Source of the DNA: Candidatus Omnitrophota bacterium
GTDB taxonomy: Bacteria; Omnitrophota; Omnitrophia; Omnitrophales; Aquincolibacteriaceae
NCBI GenBank assembly: GCA_043803685.1
Contig: JAZDJU010000031.1
Location: forward strand, 85,301 to 149,300
DNA: 64,000 nt
Direction of reading: 5' to 3'
Shown: piece by piece, positions 17,435 through 27,406 of the stretch
How the letters are laid out: every line of letters starts with the position of its first letter
Numbering within the stretch: position 1 is the stretch's first letter
The notes under the pieces: generated by a model
The model's database searches: none
What the model was told of the DNA's origin: nothing
The model's input: only the letters and a program-made list of their open reading frames with translations
Translations under genes and position numbers: made by a program

Positions 17435-20281
17435 TCAGAAACTGGTGAGCTGGGTCCTGTAGGATAGGAGAAGCTTTTTGGCATCGGCGAGTTTTTCTTT
17501 CTCTTTTTCAAGGATCTCTTTCGGCGCTTTTTCCGCGAAAGAAGGGTTCTCAACTTTTTTACGGATATTCTCGATCCACTGTTCGGTCTCCTGGATCTTT
17601 TTCTGGAGGCGTTTCTTTTCCTCTTCCGGGTCCAGGATCCCCTCGAGCGAGATAAAAACATCGAAGGCCGCGAAGGAATTGGCCGCCATCGCACCTTTCT
17701 TGGTGAACTCACGGACACACTGGAGCTCCGCGAGCCGGCCGAGCACTTTCACTTCACGTTCGAACGCGCGAAGCGTCTCGAGCGTCCCCTGTTCCTTGCA
17801 CACGATCACGGCGTTCAATTTATCAGTGGGCGCGATCTGGAAGCGGACCCGGAGGTCACGGATCCCAGTCACGGCGTCCTGCAAAAATCCGACGGCCTTC
17901 TGCGCTTCTTCGTCGTAGAATTTCCTTGTTCCCTCGATCGGCCAACCGGCAAACATAACAGTTTCATGCCAGGTCTTGCCGTCCGAGGCCTTGGACTTGA
18001 ACGTCTGCCAGATCTCCTCGGTAATGAACGGCATGAAAGGATGCAAAAGCCGCAGGGTCCTCTCCGTCACAAAGAAAAGGACTTGCTGAGTCTGAAGCTT
18101 GAGCTGCGCTTGCCCGCCAGAGCTGTGTGGTGGGGCATCCGAAGACTGGATCATGGGTTTCGCAAGCTCGATATACCAATCGCAAAGATCGTCCCATACA
18201 AAATGGTAGAGTTCGGTCGCCGCCTGCGCGAGGCCGAACTGGGCAAGATATTTCTCGATCACCGCGGCTTTTTCTTCGAAACGCGAAAGGATCCAGCGGC
18301 TTGGAAGCGATAGCGAACTCTTCTCGAACTGCGCGGGATCGGTGGAGGCGCCTTCAAATCCTTCAAGCTGCATCAGCACGAATCGGCAGGCGTTCCAGAC
18401 CTTGTTCGCGAAGTTCCGGCCCACCTCAAACTTTTCGCGCGAGAGGTACACGTCCTGCGCCGAAAGCATCACGAGACTGTAGCGAAGGGCGTCAGCCCCC
18501 ATCTCCTCGATCACCTCGAGCGGGTCGATGGAATTCCCAAGCGATTTCGACATCTTGAGGCCGCTCGCCGCGCGGACCGTGCCGTGAATATTGATCTGGG
18601 TGAACGGGACCTCCCCCATGAACTCGAGCCCCGCCATGATCATGCGCGCCACCCAGAAGAAAATGATCTCGGGGGCGGTCACAAGATCCGAGGTCGGATA
18701 GAATTTCTTCAGATCCTCGGTCTTGGCGGGCCAACCCAGCGTCGAGAACGGCCAGAGCCAGCTCGAGAACCAGGTATCGAGCACATCCTCGTCACGCTTG
18801 ATGTCCTTAGAACCACAGTGCGGACATTGCGTGATATCTTCTCGAGAAACGATGACTCCGTTAGACTTCAGACTGCAGACTTCAGACTGCAGGCTTTTTT
18901 CTGTGGTCTGGGGTCTAGAGTCTGTGGTCTTTCTAGTTTGGAGCTGTTCGCATTTTGAACAGTACCAAACTGGAATTTGATGCCCCCACCAGATCTGGCG
19001 GGAGATGCACCAATCGCGGATGCCACCGAGCCAGTTCAGATAGACCTTGGTCCAGCGGTCCGGAAAGAAAACCGTTTTCCCCTCGGCGTGCGCCTTGAGG
19101 GCCTTCTCGGCCAGGGGCTGCATCTTCACGAACCATTGCTTCGAAAGATACGGCTCCACCACAGTGTCGCAACGGTAGCAGTGCCCGACCGCGTGAAGGT
19201 GTGAATCGCGCCGGACAAAAAGCCCTTGTTCTTCCAGGTCCTGCAAAACTTTCTTGCGGGCCTCGAAACGGTCCATGCCTTTGTAAGGGCCGCCGTGTTC
19301 GTTGATCTTGGCGTCCGGCGTCATCACGTTGATCTGCTCGAGTTTGTGACGGTGCCCCATCGCAAAGTCATTGGGATCATGCGCGGGCGTCACTTTCACG
19401 ATCCCGGTCCCGAACTCGGGATCGACGAATTCATCGGCGATCACCACGATCTCGCGATTCACCAAAGGAAGCAGGACTTTTTTCCCGATCAGATGCTGAT
19501 AGCGCGGATCCTTCGGATGCACCGCGACCGCCGTATCGCCCAGCATCGTCTCGGGCCGCGTCGTTGCGACCACGATGTGGTCCTCACCCATTTTTTCGTA
19601 AGGACCGCTCTTCCCCACAACAGGATATTTGATGTGATAGAGCCCGCCCTGCACGTCCTTGTGAGCGGCTTCCTCATCCGAAAGCGCGGTCTGGCAACGC
19701 GGGCACCAGTTGATGATATAATTCCCACGATAAATAAGCCCGCGTTCATAAAGCGTGACGAACGCTTCACGCACGGCCTTGGAAAGTCCTTCGTCCATTG
19801 TAAAACGTTCGCGCGTCCAGTCGCAGGAAGCGCCAAGACGGCGGAGCTGACGCGTAATGGTCGAGCCGTGCTCGTGTTTCCATTTCCAAACCTCTTGGAG
19901 GAAGGCTTCACGCCCGAGGTCCCAGCGGGTCTTCTTTTCCTTGGCGAGTTTCTTTTCCACCACGTTCTGCGTCGCGATCCCCGCGTGATCGACCCCGGGA
20001 ATCCAAAGCGCGTCCCGGCCCTTCATGCGGTTCCAGCGAACGAGAATATCCTGAATAGCGTTGTTGAGCGCGTGCCCCATGTGCAGGATCCCCGTCACGT
20101 TCGGAGGAGGGATGACGATGACGTAAGGATGGGGAACGGGGAACGAGGAACGGGGAACTCTCTTAGGGTCTGTTGTCTGAGTGACGAAGTCACTCGCGGG
20201 ACGGAAATACCCCTTGAATTCCCAAAGGGTGTACCACTTCGTCTCTACCTGCTTGGAGTTGTATTGTTTTTCTAATTCCAT
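17435..20281 (-). CDS. valS: valyl-tRNA synthetase (with three repeat-derived in-frame insertions)
   Basis: PPPNVTGILHMGH, DWCISRQIWWGH, DTWFSS, KMSKS, C-terminal coiled coil. Confidence 0.97.
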   Translation of the reverse strand: MELEKQYNSKQVETKWYTLWEFKGYFRPASDFVTQTTDPKRVPRSSFPVPHPYVIVIPPPNVTGILHMGHALNNAIQDILVRWNRMKGRDALWIPGVDHAGIATQNVVEKKLAKEKKTRWDLGREAFLQEVWKWKHEHGSTITRQLRRLGASCDWTRERFTMDEGLSKAVREAFVTLYERGLIYRGNYIINWCPRCQTALSDEEAAHKDVQGGLYHIKYPVVGKSGPYEKMGEDHIVVATTRPETMLGDTAVAVHPKDPRYQHLIGKKVLLPLVNREIVVIADEFVDPEFGTGIVKVTPAHDPNDFAMGHRHKLEQINVMTPDAKINEHGGPYKGMDRFEARKKVLQDLEEQGLFVRRDSHLHAVGHCYRCDTVVEPYLSKQWFVKMQPLAEKALKAHAEGKTVFFPDRWTKVYLNWLGGIRDWCISRQIWWGHQIPVWYCSKCEQLQTRKTTDSRPQTTEKSLQSEVCSLKSNGVIVSREDITQCPHCGSKDIKRDEDVLDTWFSSWLWPFSTLGWPAKTEDLKKFYPTSDLVTAPEIIFFWVARMIMAGLEFMGEVPFTQINIHGTVRAASGLKMSKSLGNSIDPLEVIEEMGADALRYSLVMLSAQDVYLSREKFEVGRNFANKVWNACRFVLMQLEGFEGASTDPAQFEKSSLSLPSRWILSRFEEKAAVIEKYLAQFGLAQAATELYHFVWDDLCDWYIELAKPMIQSSDAPPHSSGGQAQLKLQTQQVLFFVTERTLRLLHPFMPFITEEIWQTFKSKASDGKTWHETVMFAGWPIEGTRKFYDEEAQKAVGFLQDAVTGIRDLRVRFQIAPTDKLNAVIVCKEQGTLETLRAFEREVKVLGRLAELQCVREFTKKGAMAANSFAAFDVFISLEGILDPEEEKKRLQKKIQETEQWIENIRKKVENPSFAEKAPKEILEKEKEKLADAKKLLLSYRTQLTSF
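18109..18134. repeat. REP-like CCTGCCCGCC...GGCGGG element inside valS
   Basis: 23/26 identical to the intergenic copies at 43635-43660 and 45139-45164. Confidence 0.8.
18863..18930. repeat. heptamer-repeat hairpin (AGACT family) inside valS
   Basis: AGACTTC/AGACTGC x4, followed by the inverse GTCT-type units. Confidence 0.85.
20131..20181. repeat. heptamer repeats (GGGGAAC x4 plus GTCT units) inside valS
   Basis: GGGGAAC GGGGAAC GAGGAAC GGGGAAC; related units occur intergenically at 20288, 27170 and 29732. Confidence 0.8.
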
Positions 20282-20339
20282 ATTTTTCGGGAAACGGGTA
20301 ATGGGTAACGGTGAACGACAGACTTTTCGTTCCCCGGTT

Positions 20340-21911
20340 TTATCCTTTATGCAGTTTATACTCGATGGCTTCAACGAGGGCCTTCCAACTGGCCTCGATG
20401 ATGTTCTCGTGAACGCCCACCGTCGTCCAGGACTTGTCCTTGTCCTGGAATTCGATGAAGACACGCACCTTGGCCGCCGTTCCGGCCTCGGAATTGACGA
20501 CGCGCACTTTATAATCCGTCAGATGGATCTCGGCGATCGACGGAAACGAGCGGCCGAGCGCCTTGCGAAGCGCGGAATCGAGCGCGTTCACGGGGCCGTC
20601 CCCTTCCGCGGACTCGAAATGTTCCTCGCCCTTGGCCAGGATCTTGACGTCCGCGATGGAACGCGGAACGCCCTTGCCAATATTCTCGGTCCGGACCGAA
20701 ATGTCTTCGACCTTGAAGAACGGTTTGAATTTTCCGAGCAGTCGCTGCACCAAAAGCTCGAAGCTTGCTTCCGCGGCCTCGAATTGGTAACCTTCGTGCT
20801 CAAGTTTCTGGATCTCCGTCAGGATCTTCGCGGCTTCGGGAGAATCCTTCAGGAACTTGAGCTCCAGTTCCTGAGCCTTGATCATGATGTTCGTTTTACC
20901 GCCAAGCTCCGAAACAAGATAGCGACGATAATTGCCGAGGGCCTGGGGTTCCACGTGCTCGTAGGTCCTCGCGTTCTTCATCATCGCGTTGATGTGGACG
21001 CCACCTTTATGAGCGAACGCGGAGCGACCCGTGAACGGCTGGTGATTCAAGAGCGGCATATTGCAGACCTCTGCCACATAATGCGAAAGAGGGGTCAACT
21101 CTTTCATCTTTTTCGCCAGAAAACACGGCACCTTCATCTTGAACTGAAGGTCCGGTATGATGCTCATGAGATTCGCGTTCCCGCAGCGCTCTCCGTAACC
21201 GTTGATGGTGCCCTGCACAAGGACGCAACCTTCGCCAACCGCTTGAACGGAATTAGCAACCGCAAGCTCCGAATCGTTGTGACAATGGATCCCAAGCGGA
21301 GTCTTCAGGGTACGTTTCACCTTCAGGATGGCATGACGGATCTCATGCGGTAAACTTCCGCCGTTCGTATCGCAAAGCGTAAGGTTGTCGGCTCCGGCCT
21401 TGGCGGCCTGCCGAAGCGCTTGCAGGGCATATTCCGGGTTCGCCTTGAAACCATCGAAGAAATGCTCCGCGTCAAAGATCACCTCGATCTTCCGGTCCTT
21501 GAGATAGGCAACCGTCTCGTAGATCATCAGAAGGTTCTCTTTGAGCGTTGTCTTGAAAACCTCCGTCACGTGCATGTCCCAGGATTTCCCGAACACCGTC
21601 ACAACTTTTGTGCCAGCCTCGAGCAGCGCCTTGATCTGCGGATCCTCTTTGACCTTCACGTGGGCCCGGCGCGTGGAACCGAACGCCGCGATCTTCGCCT
21701 TCCGGATCCCGGCCTTCTTCACCATCGTGAAAAATTCCATATCCTTGGGATTCGAGCCCGGCCATCCACCTTCGATGTAGTGGATCCCGAATTGGTCGAG
21801 CCGCTTCGCGATCAGGACCTTGTCGTGCGAAGACAGACTGATGCCCTCAGCTTGGGAGCCGTCACGGAGTGTCGTGTCGTAAAAGAATATCTTTTTTTGT
21901 TTTGCAGTCAT
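20340..21911 (-). CDS. cimA: citramalate synthase
   Basis: YDTTLRDGSQAEG, EGGWPGSNPKD, DAEHFFDG, HKGGVH, C-terminal LeuA dimer domain. Confidence 0.9.
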   Translation of the reverse strand: MTAKQKKIFFYDTTLRDGSQAEGISLSSHDKVLIAKRLDQFGIHYIEGGWPGSNPKDMEFFTMVKKAGIRKAKIAAFGSTRRAHVKVKEDPQIKALLEAGTKVVTVFGKSWDMHVTEVFKTTLKENLLMIYETVAYLKDRKIEVIFDAEHFFDGFKANPEYALQALRQAAKAGADNLTLCDTNGGSLPHEIRHAILKVKRTLKTPLGIHCHNDSELAVANSVQAVGEGCVLVQGTINGYGERCGNANLMSIIPDLQFKMKVPCFLAKKMKELTPLSHYVAEVCNMPLLNHQPFTGRSAFAHKGGVHINAMMKNARTYEHVEPQALGNYRRYLVSELGGKTNIMIKAQELELKFLKDSPEAAKILTEIQKLEHEGYQFEAAEASFELLVQRLLGKFKPFFKVEDISVRTENIGKGVPRSIADVKILAKGEEHFESAEGDGPVNALDSALRKALGRSFPSIAEIHLTDYKVRVVNSEAGTAAKVRVFIEFQDKDKSWTTVGVHENIIEASWKALVEAIEYKLHKG

Positions 21912-21933
21912 AAAAAGTTCCCTGAACAACAAC

Positions 21934-22007
21934 GTATCAGGGTATCAAAGTGTCCGAGTGTCATATTTTTAACGCTTTGACACGTTGATACTTTGACACA
22001 TTGACAC
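21934..22007. repeat. octamer-repeat hairpin (family A)
   Basis: GTATCAGG GTATCAAA GTGTCCGA GTGTCATA...TTTGACAC GTTGATAC TTTGACAC ATTGACAC; abuts the lysC stop. Confidence 0.85.
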
Positions 22008-23225
22008 TTATTTCTTGCCAAGCCCAAACGCCTTGTGGATCACTTTCGCGGCGAGCTTGCCCTTATCGCCGGCGACGACGACTGAGATCTTGATCTCCGA
22101 AGTCGAGATCATATCGATATTGATCTTGTTCTTGGCCAGGGTCGAGAACATCTTGGACGCGATACCGGAATGAGAACGCATCCCGATCCCGACCACGCTG
22201 ACCTTCGCGACGTTCTCGTCGCAGGTGACGTTCGTGGCGCCAACCTTCTTCATGGCCGCCTTGACGACCTTCATGGCCTTCACGAGCTCGTTCTTGAAGA
22301 CGGTAAAAGAGATGTCGGTGGAATTCGTCTGCGTTTTGTTCTGAATGATCATATCCACGTTCACGTTCGCGTCCGCCAGGGTCTGGAAGACCTTGGCCGC
22401 CACGCCCGGGCGGTCCGAAACGCGGAACAGAGTGATCTTCGCCTCATCTTCAGCTAACGCGACACCGCTTACAACGACTTCTTCCATGGCCTTATTCTCC
22501 TTCGTGATAAGAGTTCCTTTGTGGTCGTTCTGGGAATTGCAGACCCAAATCGGCATGTTGAATTTTTTTCCGACTTCGATCGAACGCGAGTGCATGACTT
22601 TCGCCCCGAGCGACGCGAGCTCGAGGATCTCGTCATAGGTGACCTGATTCATTTTTTGCGCGTCCGGGATCACGCGCGGATCCGCGGTGTAGATCCCGTC
22701 CACGTCCGTGTAGATCTCGCAATGTTTTGCCTTGAGGGCCACCGCCAACGCCACAGCGGTCAGGTCCGAACCGCCGCGCCCGAGCGTCGTGATCTCGCCC
22801 GAGGGCGTCTGCCCCTGGAACCCGGCCACGATCACGATCTTTCCTGCGGACAACGCTTTCTTAATACGGTCCGCGCTAATGTTCTGGATCCGGGCCTTGC
22901 TGTGGAATTCGTCCGTGATGGTCCCCACTTGCGAACCCGTGAACGAGACCGCCTCGTGTCCCAATTTCTGGACCGCCATCGCCAAAAGCGCGATCGAGAC
23001 CTGTTCCCCCGTCGAGAGAAGCATGTCCATTTCCCGGTCCTGAGGATCCTTGTTGATCTGATCGGCGAGCGTGATCAGGTCATCGGTCATGTCGCCCATG
23101 GCAGAAACCACCACCACGACCTTGTTCCCGGCTTTCTTGGTCTTGATCACACGTTGAGCGACCCTCAGGATCTTTTCCGCATTGGCGACCGAAGAGCCGC
23201 CGTACTTCTGAACAATAAGTGACAT
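22008..23225 (-). CDS. lysC: aspartokinase
   Basis: VQKYGGSS, TTLGRGGSD, two ACT domains; AGGAGG RBS. Confidence 0.95.
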   Translation of the reverse strand: MSLIVQKYGGSSVANAEKILRVAQRVIKTKKAGNKVVVVVSAMGDMTDDLITLADQINKDPQDREMDMLLSTGEQVSIALLAMAVQKLGHEAVSFTGSQVGTITDEFHSKARIQNISADRIKKALSAGKIVIVAGFQGQTPSGEITTLGRGGSDLTAVALAVALKAKHCEIYTDVDGIYTADPRVIPDAQKMNQVTYDEILELASLGAKVMHSRSIEVGKKFNMPIWVCNSQNDHKGTLITKENKAMEEVVVSGVALAEDEAKITLFRVSDRPGVAAKVFQTLADANVNVDMIIQNKTQTNSTDISFTVFKNELVKAMKVVKAAMKKVGATNVTCDENVAKVSVVGIGMRSHSGIASKMFSTLAKNKINIDMISTSEIKISVVVAGDKGKLAAKVIHKAFGLGKK

Positions 23226-23265
23226 CTGAATAGTCCTCCTCAAATAATTTATACGCTGATCACCT

Positions 23266-23334
23266 GATGGAGGAAGGAGGATGGCGGAGGGCGTCAAAGT
23301 CTTTACTCCAACCGCCATCCACCATCCGTCATCC
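23266..23334. repeat. heptamer-repeat hairpin (GATGGAG / CCATC family)
   Basis: GATGGAG GAAGGAG GATGGCG ... CGCCATC CACCATC CGTCATC. Confidence 0.7.
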
Positions 23335-23341
23335 TTGGGCG

Positions 23342-24547
23342 TTACCCCGCCTTCGCCATAAAAAAAGGCATCAGCTCCGTGGTTTTAATGAATTTCAGCT
23401 CGGAGGTCTTGGCCGCGATCTCCGAGAAGCGCTCGATCTCGTCGGGCATGACGTTCTTGCCCGTAACGGCGAACGGCACGCTATCGCGGACGATCTCTCT
23501 CATCTTCCAAAGCGTCGCGTGCCCCGGCGTGACCAGAAGACGGGATTCCTTGGAACGTTCGAGGTATTTCTTGATCTTGGAGAGCACGAAGAAATCGATC
23601 CCCTCGATCGCCGCGACCTTGTTCTTCACATCCCCGGTCCGGGACGCGACCTCGGGCGTGTGGAGGTGGAGACACACAAAATCTTTTTCTTCCAGCGCGT
23701 CAATCGCCACTTTGGAGATCTTGTCGTAGAAAGCCGACGGTTCCTCGCCCTCTTCCTTGACGTCCATCACCGTGAACCCGGTGAGCCGGCCCAGTCCCCG
23801 GGCATATTCGCGCGCGGAGACCATCGCGCCGCCGGCGACATCGAAACATTCGCGGAAAGGCTTGAGGGACGGTTTTTTTCCCTGTCCCCAGAGCCAGATC
23901 ATGTTCGCGGGATTCTCACCGAGATCCACGCGCACCTGGTTGATCTCGTGGTCCTGCAGAAGCAGCCTTGCATCGTACATCAATTTCCGCATCAATTCGT
24001 CACCCGGTCCGCGCGGCAGAACGTCTTCGATCTTCTCGCCAACCACACTTTCCGGCGCCTGGGTCTTCGCGGACAGCGCTTCGTACCCGTTCGCGTCCTT
24101 GATCACCGCAAGATGCCGGTACCCGGAGCTCGAAAAGAACCGCACAAAATCGCTCGCAACCTTTTTATTCATGAAATTGATGAGCGCCTTGGCCTCTTTC
24201 GTGCTCAGATCGCCAGCGGTCGGATCGGCGAGCGTCCCCGCGGCCTCCGTGATAAAATTCATGCAGAACGCGACTTCCTTGTCGTCGAGCGTCAGCTCTT
24301 TGTCAGCAGCCTCGAGCGGTCCCCGGCCCGTGTAGAGTTTCGACGCGTCGTAACCCAAAAGATTGAACAGGCTCACGTCCGCGGAAGCAGGCAAACGGTC
24401 GGACACGAGCTTCGCCGTCCCCACTTTACCGTTCTTCGCAAAGAAATTGAGATTCGGGACTTTTGCCACTTCGAGAGGTGTCTTGCCTCCGAGTTCCTCG
24501 GTCGGATGATCCGCAGCACCGGCGAGAACTATAACGATCGATTTCAT
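23342..24547 (-). CDS. apgM: ApgM-type phosphoglycerate mutase / proposed homoserine kinase homolog with degenerate active site
   Basis: LGGKTPLE, YTGRGPLEAA, YRHL, NPANMIWLWGQG; metal ligands substituted (see findings). Confidence 0.85.
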   Translation of the reverse strand: MKSIVIVLAGAADHPTEELGGKTPLEVAKVPNLNFFAKNGKVGTAKLVSDRLPASADVSLFNLLGYDASKLYTGRGPLEAADKELTLDDKEVAFCMNFITEAAGTLADPTAGDLSTKEAKALINFMNKKVASDFVRFFSSSGYRHLAVIKDANGYEALSAKTQAPESVVGEKIEDVLPRGPGDELMRKLMYDARLLLQDHEINQVRVDLGENPANMIWLWGQGKKPSLKPFRECFDVAGGAMVSAREYARGLGRLTGFTVMDVKEEGEEPSAFYDKISKVAIDALEEKDFVCLHLHTPEVASRTGDVKNKVAAIEGIDFFVLSKIKKYLERSKESRLLVTPGHATLWKMREIVRDSVPFAVTGKNVMPDEIERFSEIAAKTSELKFIKTTELMPFFMAKAG

Positions 24548-25614
24548 CGGATCACCTCCTTGACAGCATCAAGCGTGGACGGGACCTTGAAAACCGGGTC
24601 CTCGAAACTGAGCGCGAAATCAGGGTCCTTCAAACCCGCTCCCGTGAGGGTGATCACGATGCGGGATCCTTCCTTGAAAAATCCTTTGCGGGCGAGGTTG
24701 ATCACACCCGCGACCGGCGCGACACTAGCCGGCTCCGCGAAAACGCCTTCGCGCTCCGCGATAAAGCGATACGCCTTCGTGATCTCTTCGTCCGTCACAC
24801 TATCGATCAACCCGCCCGATTCATCGCGCGCGGCAACCGCGCCCTGCCAGCTCGCGGGATTTCCGATACGGATCGCGGTCGCGAGCGTTTCCGGCTTTTC
24901 CACCGGATGCCCGAGCACGATCGGCGCCGAGCCCGCGGCCTGAAAACCGAGCATCTTCGGCAACGTCTCCGACTTCCCCACTTTTTTATATTCCTTGTAA
25001 CCCTTCCAGTAGGCGGTGATGTTCCCCGCATTCCCGACCGGGATCGCGTGATATTCCGGCGCGTCCCCGAGATCGTCCACGATCTCAAAGGCCCCCGTCT
25101 TCTGTCCTTCGATCCGGTACGGATTGATGGAATTCACCAGAGTGATCTTACCTTCCGCCGTGATTTCCTTCACAAGCTCGAGGGCTTTGTCAAAATTCCC
25201 CTCGATCATGATCACTTTCGCGCCGTAGCGGTACGCCTGAAGGAGTTTTCCTTTGGCGATCTTACCTTCAGGGATCAACACATAACATTTCAACCCGCAC
25301 CGGGCCGCGTAGGCCGCAGCGGAGGCGGAGGTATTTCCGGTCGAGGCGCACATCACAGCCTTCGATCCCGCTTCAACCGCCTTCGAGATCGCCATCGTCA
25401 TTCCGCGATCCTTGAAAGAACCGGTCGGGTTCAGACCTTCGAACTTGTAATAGATCCGGACATTCTTCAGCCCGAGCTCCCGGGGCAAAGCCTCCGCGAG
25501 AATAAGCGGCGTGTTGCCTTCATTGAGCGAAACGATGGGAGTCTTGTCCGTGACCGGAAGATACTCCTGGTAACGTTCGATGATCCCGATCTTCTTAACC
25601 GCGTATTTTCCCAT
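24544..25614 (-). CDS. thrC: threonine synthase
   Basis: EGLNPTGSFKDRG (PLP Lys), CASTGNTS, PVGNAGN. Confidence 0.95.
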   Translation of the reverse strand: MGKYAVKKIGIIERYQEYLPVTDKTPIVSLNEGNTPLILAEALPRELGLKNVRIYYKFEGLNPTGSFKDRGMTMAISKAVEAGSKAVMCASTGNTSASAAAYAARCGLKCYVLIPEGKIAKGKLLQAYRYGAKVIMIEGNFDKALELVKEITAEGKITLVNSINPYRIEGQKTGAFEIVDDLGDAPEYHAIPVGNAGNITAYWKGYKEYKKVGKSETLPKMLGFQAAGSAPIVLGHPVEKPETLATAIRIGNPASWQGAVAARDESGGLIDSVTDEEITKAYRFIAEREGVFAEPASVAPVAGVINLARKGFFKEGSRIVITLTGAGLKDPDFALSFEDPVFKVPSTLDAVKEVIR

Positions 25615-25683
25615 AAAATTTGATTCCGTTATTTCCAGATTCGCTTTTTTTTTCTTCCACCAACTCCGAAACTGAATCCTTCC

Positions 25684-25757
25684 GTATCAAAGTATCACAG
25701 TGTCACAGTATCAGGGTTTGAGCACCTTGACACTTTGAGACTCTGACACCCCGACAC
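25684..25757. repeat. octamer-repeat hairpin (family A)
   Basis: 4x GTRTCANN, loop, 4x ..GACAC units between hom and thrC. Confidence 0.85.
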
Positions 25758-25765
25758 TTATTTCC

Positions 25766-27061
25766 CTACGCCTCTTCGATACGGATGACCTGAGTACGTC
25801 CCTTGATGCAGGACATGCCGTCGATCTCGCGGATCGCGGCTCTCAGATCTTTTTCGTGCGTGTCATGGGTCAAGAGGATGAGCGGCACCACGCGCCCGGC
25901 GCTGCGTTCGCGCTGCATCACGTCCGAGATGCTAATCTTGTATTTACCGAGGATCTTCGAGATATTCGCGAGCACGCTGGGTTTGTCGATCACGTAAAAC
26001 CGCAGGTAATAACGCGACAGGATCGAAAAAATACTTCTCACCGGCAAGGTCTTCCCGAGCGCCCGGACCATGAAAGAGTCCTCGATCGGCCCGACAGCCC
26101 CGGCCTTGGCGATATCCACCAGGTCCGCGATCACGGCGCTTGCCGTAGGATGCGGTCCGGCCCCGCGGCCGTAAAAAAGAACGTCGCCCACTTCATCGCC
26201 GCGCATCAGGATCGCGTTGAACGACCCGTTCACGTTCGCGAGGATGTGCGAATTCGGGAGAAGCGTCGGTTGAACACGCGCCTCCATCCCCTCGCCCGAA
26301 CGTTTGGCGATCGCGAGCAGTTTGATCGTGTATCCGAATTCCTTAGCGAAGGCGATGTCATCGCTTGAGATCTCGGTGATCCCTTCGCAGTAAATGTCCT
26401 TGAATTTCACTTTCCCGCCGAACGCGAAACGCGCGAGGATCGCAAGCTTGTGCGCGGCATCGTGCCCGCTCACGTCGAGAAAAGGATTCGCCTCGGCAAA
26501 ACCCAGCTTCTGGGCGCCGGCCAGGGCTTCCGCGAAGCTCACACCCTTGGCGGTCATCTGGGTCAGAATATAGTTCGTGGTCCCGTTGATAATGGCATGC
26601 ATCGAATCGATGCGGTTCGCCACAAGGCCTTCGCGAAGCGCCTTGATACACGGGATGCCACCGCCCACGCTTGCCTCGAAACACAACCAGCGTTTCATCC
26701 GGTGCGCGAGCTCAAAGATCTCATCGCCATACTCGGCCAGAAGGGCCTTGTTCGCCGTCACCACATGCTTGCCGTTCTTCAGGGCTTCCTTGATCAATTG
26801 ACGGGCGATCGTCGTACCCCCGATCAGCTCGACCACCACGTCGATGGACGGGTCCCGCACGACCTCAAAAGCGTCCTTGGTCAGAATGTTTTTCGGAGGA
26901 CGGACTTTTTTGTTCCGCTCGGGATATTTCTCCGCGATCAGCGCAAGCTCGAAGGACACGCCGAGCTGGCGCGCGAACGAAGCCTTCTTCGCCGTAAGGA
27001 TCTCATAGAGTCCGGTCCCGATCTGTCCTAGCCCGAGAAGTCCGATCCTGATCTTTTTCAT
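25766..27061 (-). CDS. hom: homoserine dehydrogenase
   Basis: GLGQIG, VVTANK, FEASVGGGIP, NGTTNYIL, C-terminal ACT domain. Confidence 0.95.
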   Translation of the reverse strand: MKKIRIGLLGLGQIGTGLYEILTAKKASFARQLGVSFELALIAEKYPERNKKVRPPKNILTKDAFEVVRDPSIDVVVELIGGTTIARQLIKEALKNGKHVVTANKALLAEYGDEIFELAHRMKRWLCFEASVGGGIPCIKALREGLVANRIDSMHAIINGTTNYILTQMTAKGVSFAEALAGAQKLGFAEANPFLDVSGHDAAHKLAILARFAFGGKVKFKDIYCEGITEISSDDIAFAKEFGYTIKLLAIAKRSGEGMEARVQPTLLPNSHILANVNGSFNAILMRGDEVGDVLFYGRGAGPHPTASAVIADLVDIAKAGAVGPIEDSFMVRALGKTLPVRSIFSILSRYYLRFYVIDKPSVLANISKILGKYKISISDVMQRERSAGRVVPLILLTHDTHEKDLRAAIREIDGMSCIKGRTQVIRIEEA

Positions 27062-27406
27062 GGTGTCCCTCGTTCAAACATCCTAAGTTCAATAGTAGTA
27101 AAACCTTAACAAGGCAGGGAGTATAACTTACATCAGATGAAAAATCAAACAGGCCTTCCTCATAAAATCCGGGAAACGTTCCTCGGGGAACGCAGGCATT
27201 TTTTCCGTCCGCTTCCCGTTCCCCGCTCCCCGGGATCGTGTATTTTCCACTTACTTTACTTTAGAACCTGTTGATGTATACTAGCCTTGTCTTACATTCT
27301 TTTCTTGAATGGCGACAAGGCTTGCCCCAATTTCAACTTCGTTAAAATTGATAAGAATTGGGACTAGCGTTGCTTTTTCGGGAAAATCTCAACGGAGAGG
27401 TCCAAA

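Noticed and set aside
17428-20464. N-terminal extensions in the ORF track for nadC (17718) and valS (20464); also cimA, lysC, msbA, flavodoxin
   Set aside because: The extensions overlap neighbouring genes or translate repeat hairpins; downstream starts fit the family N-termini better.
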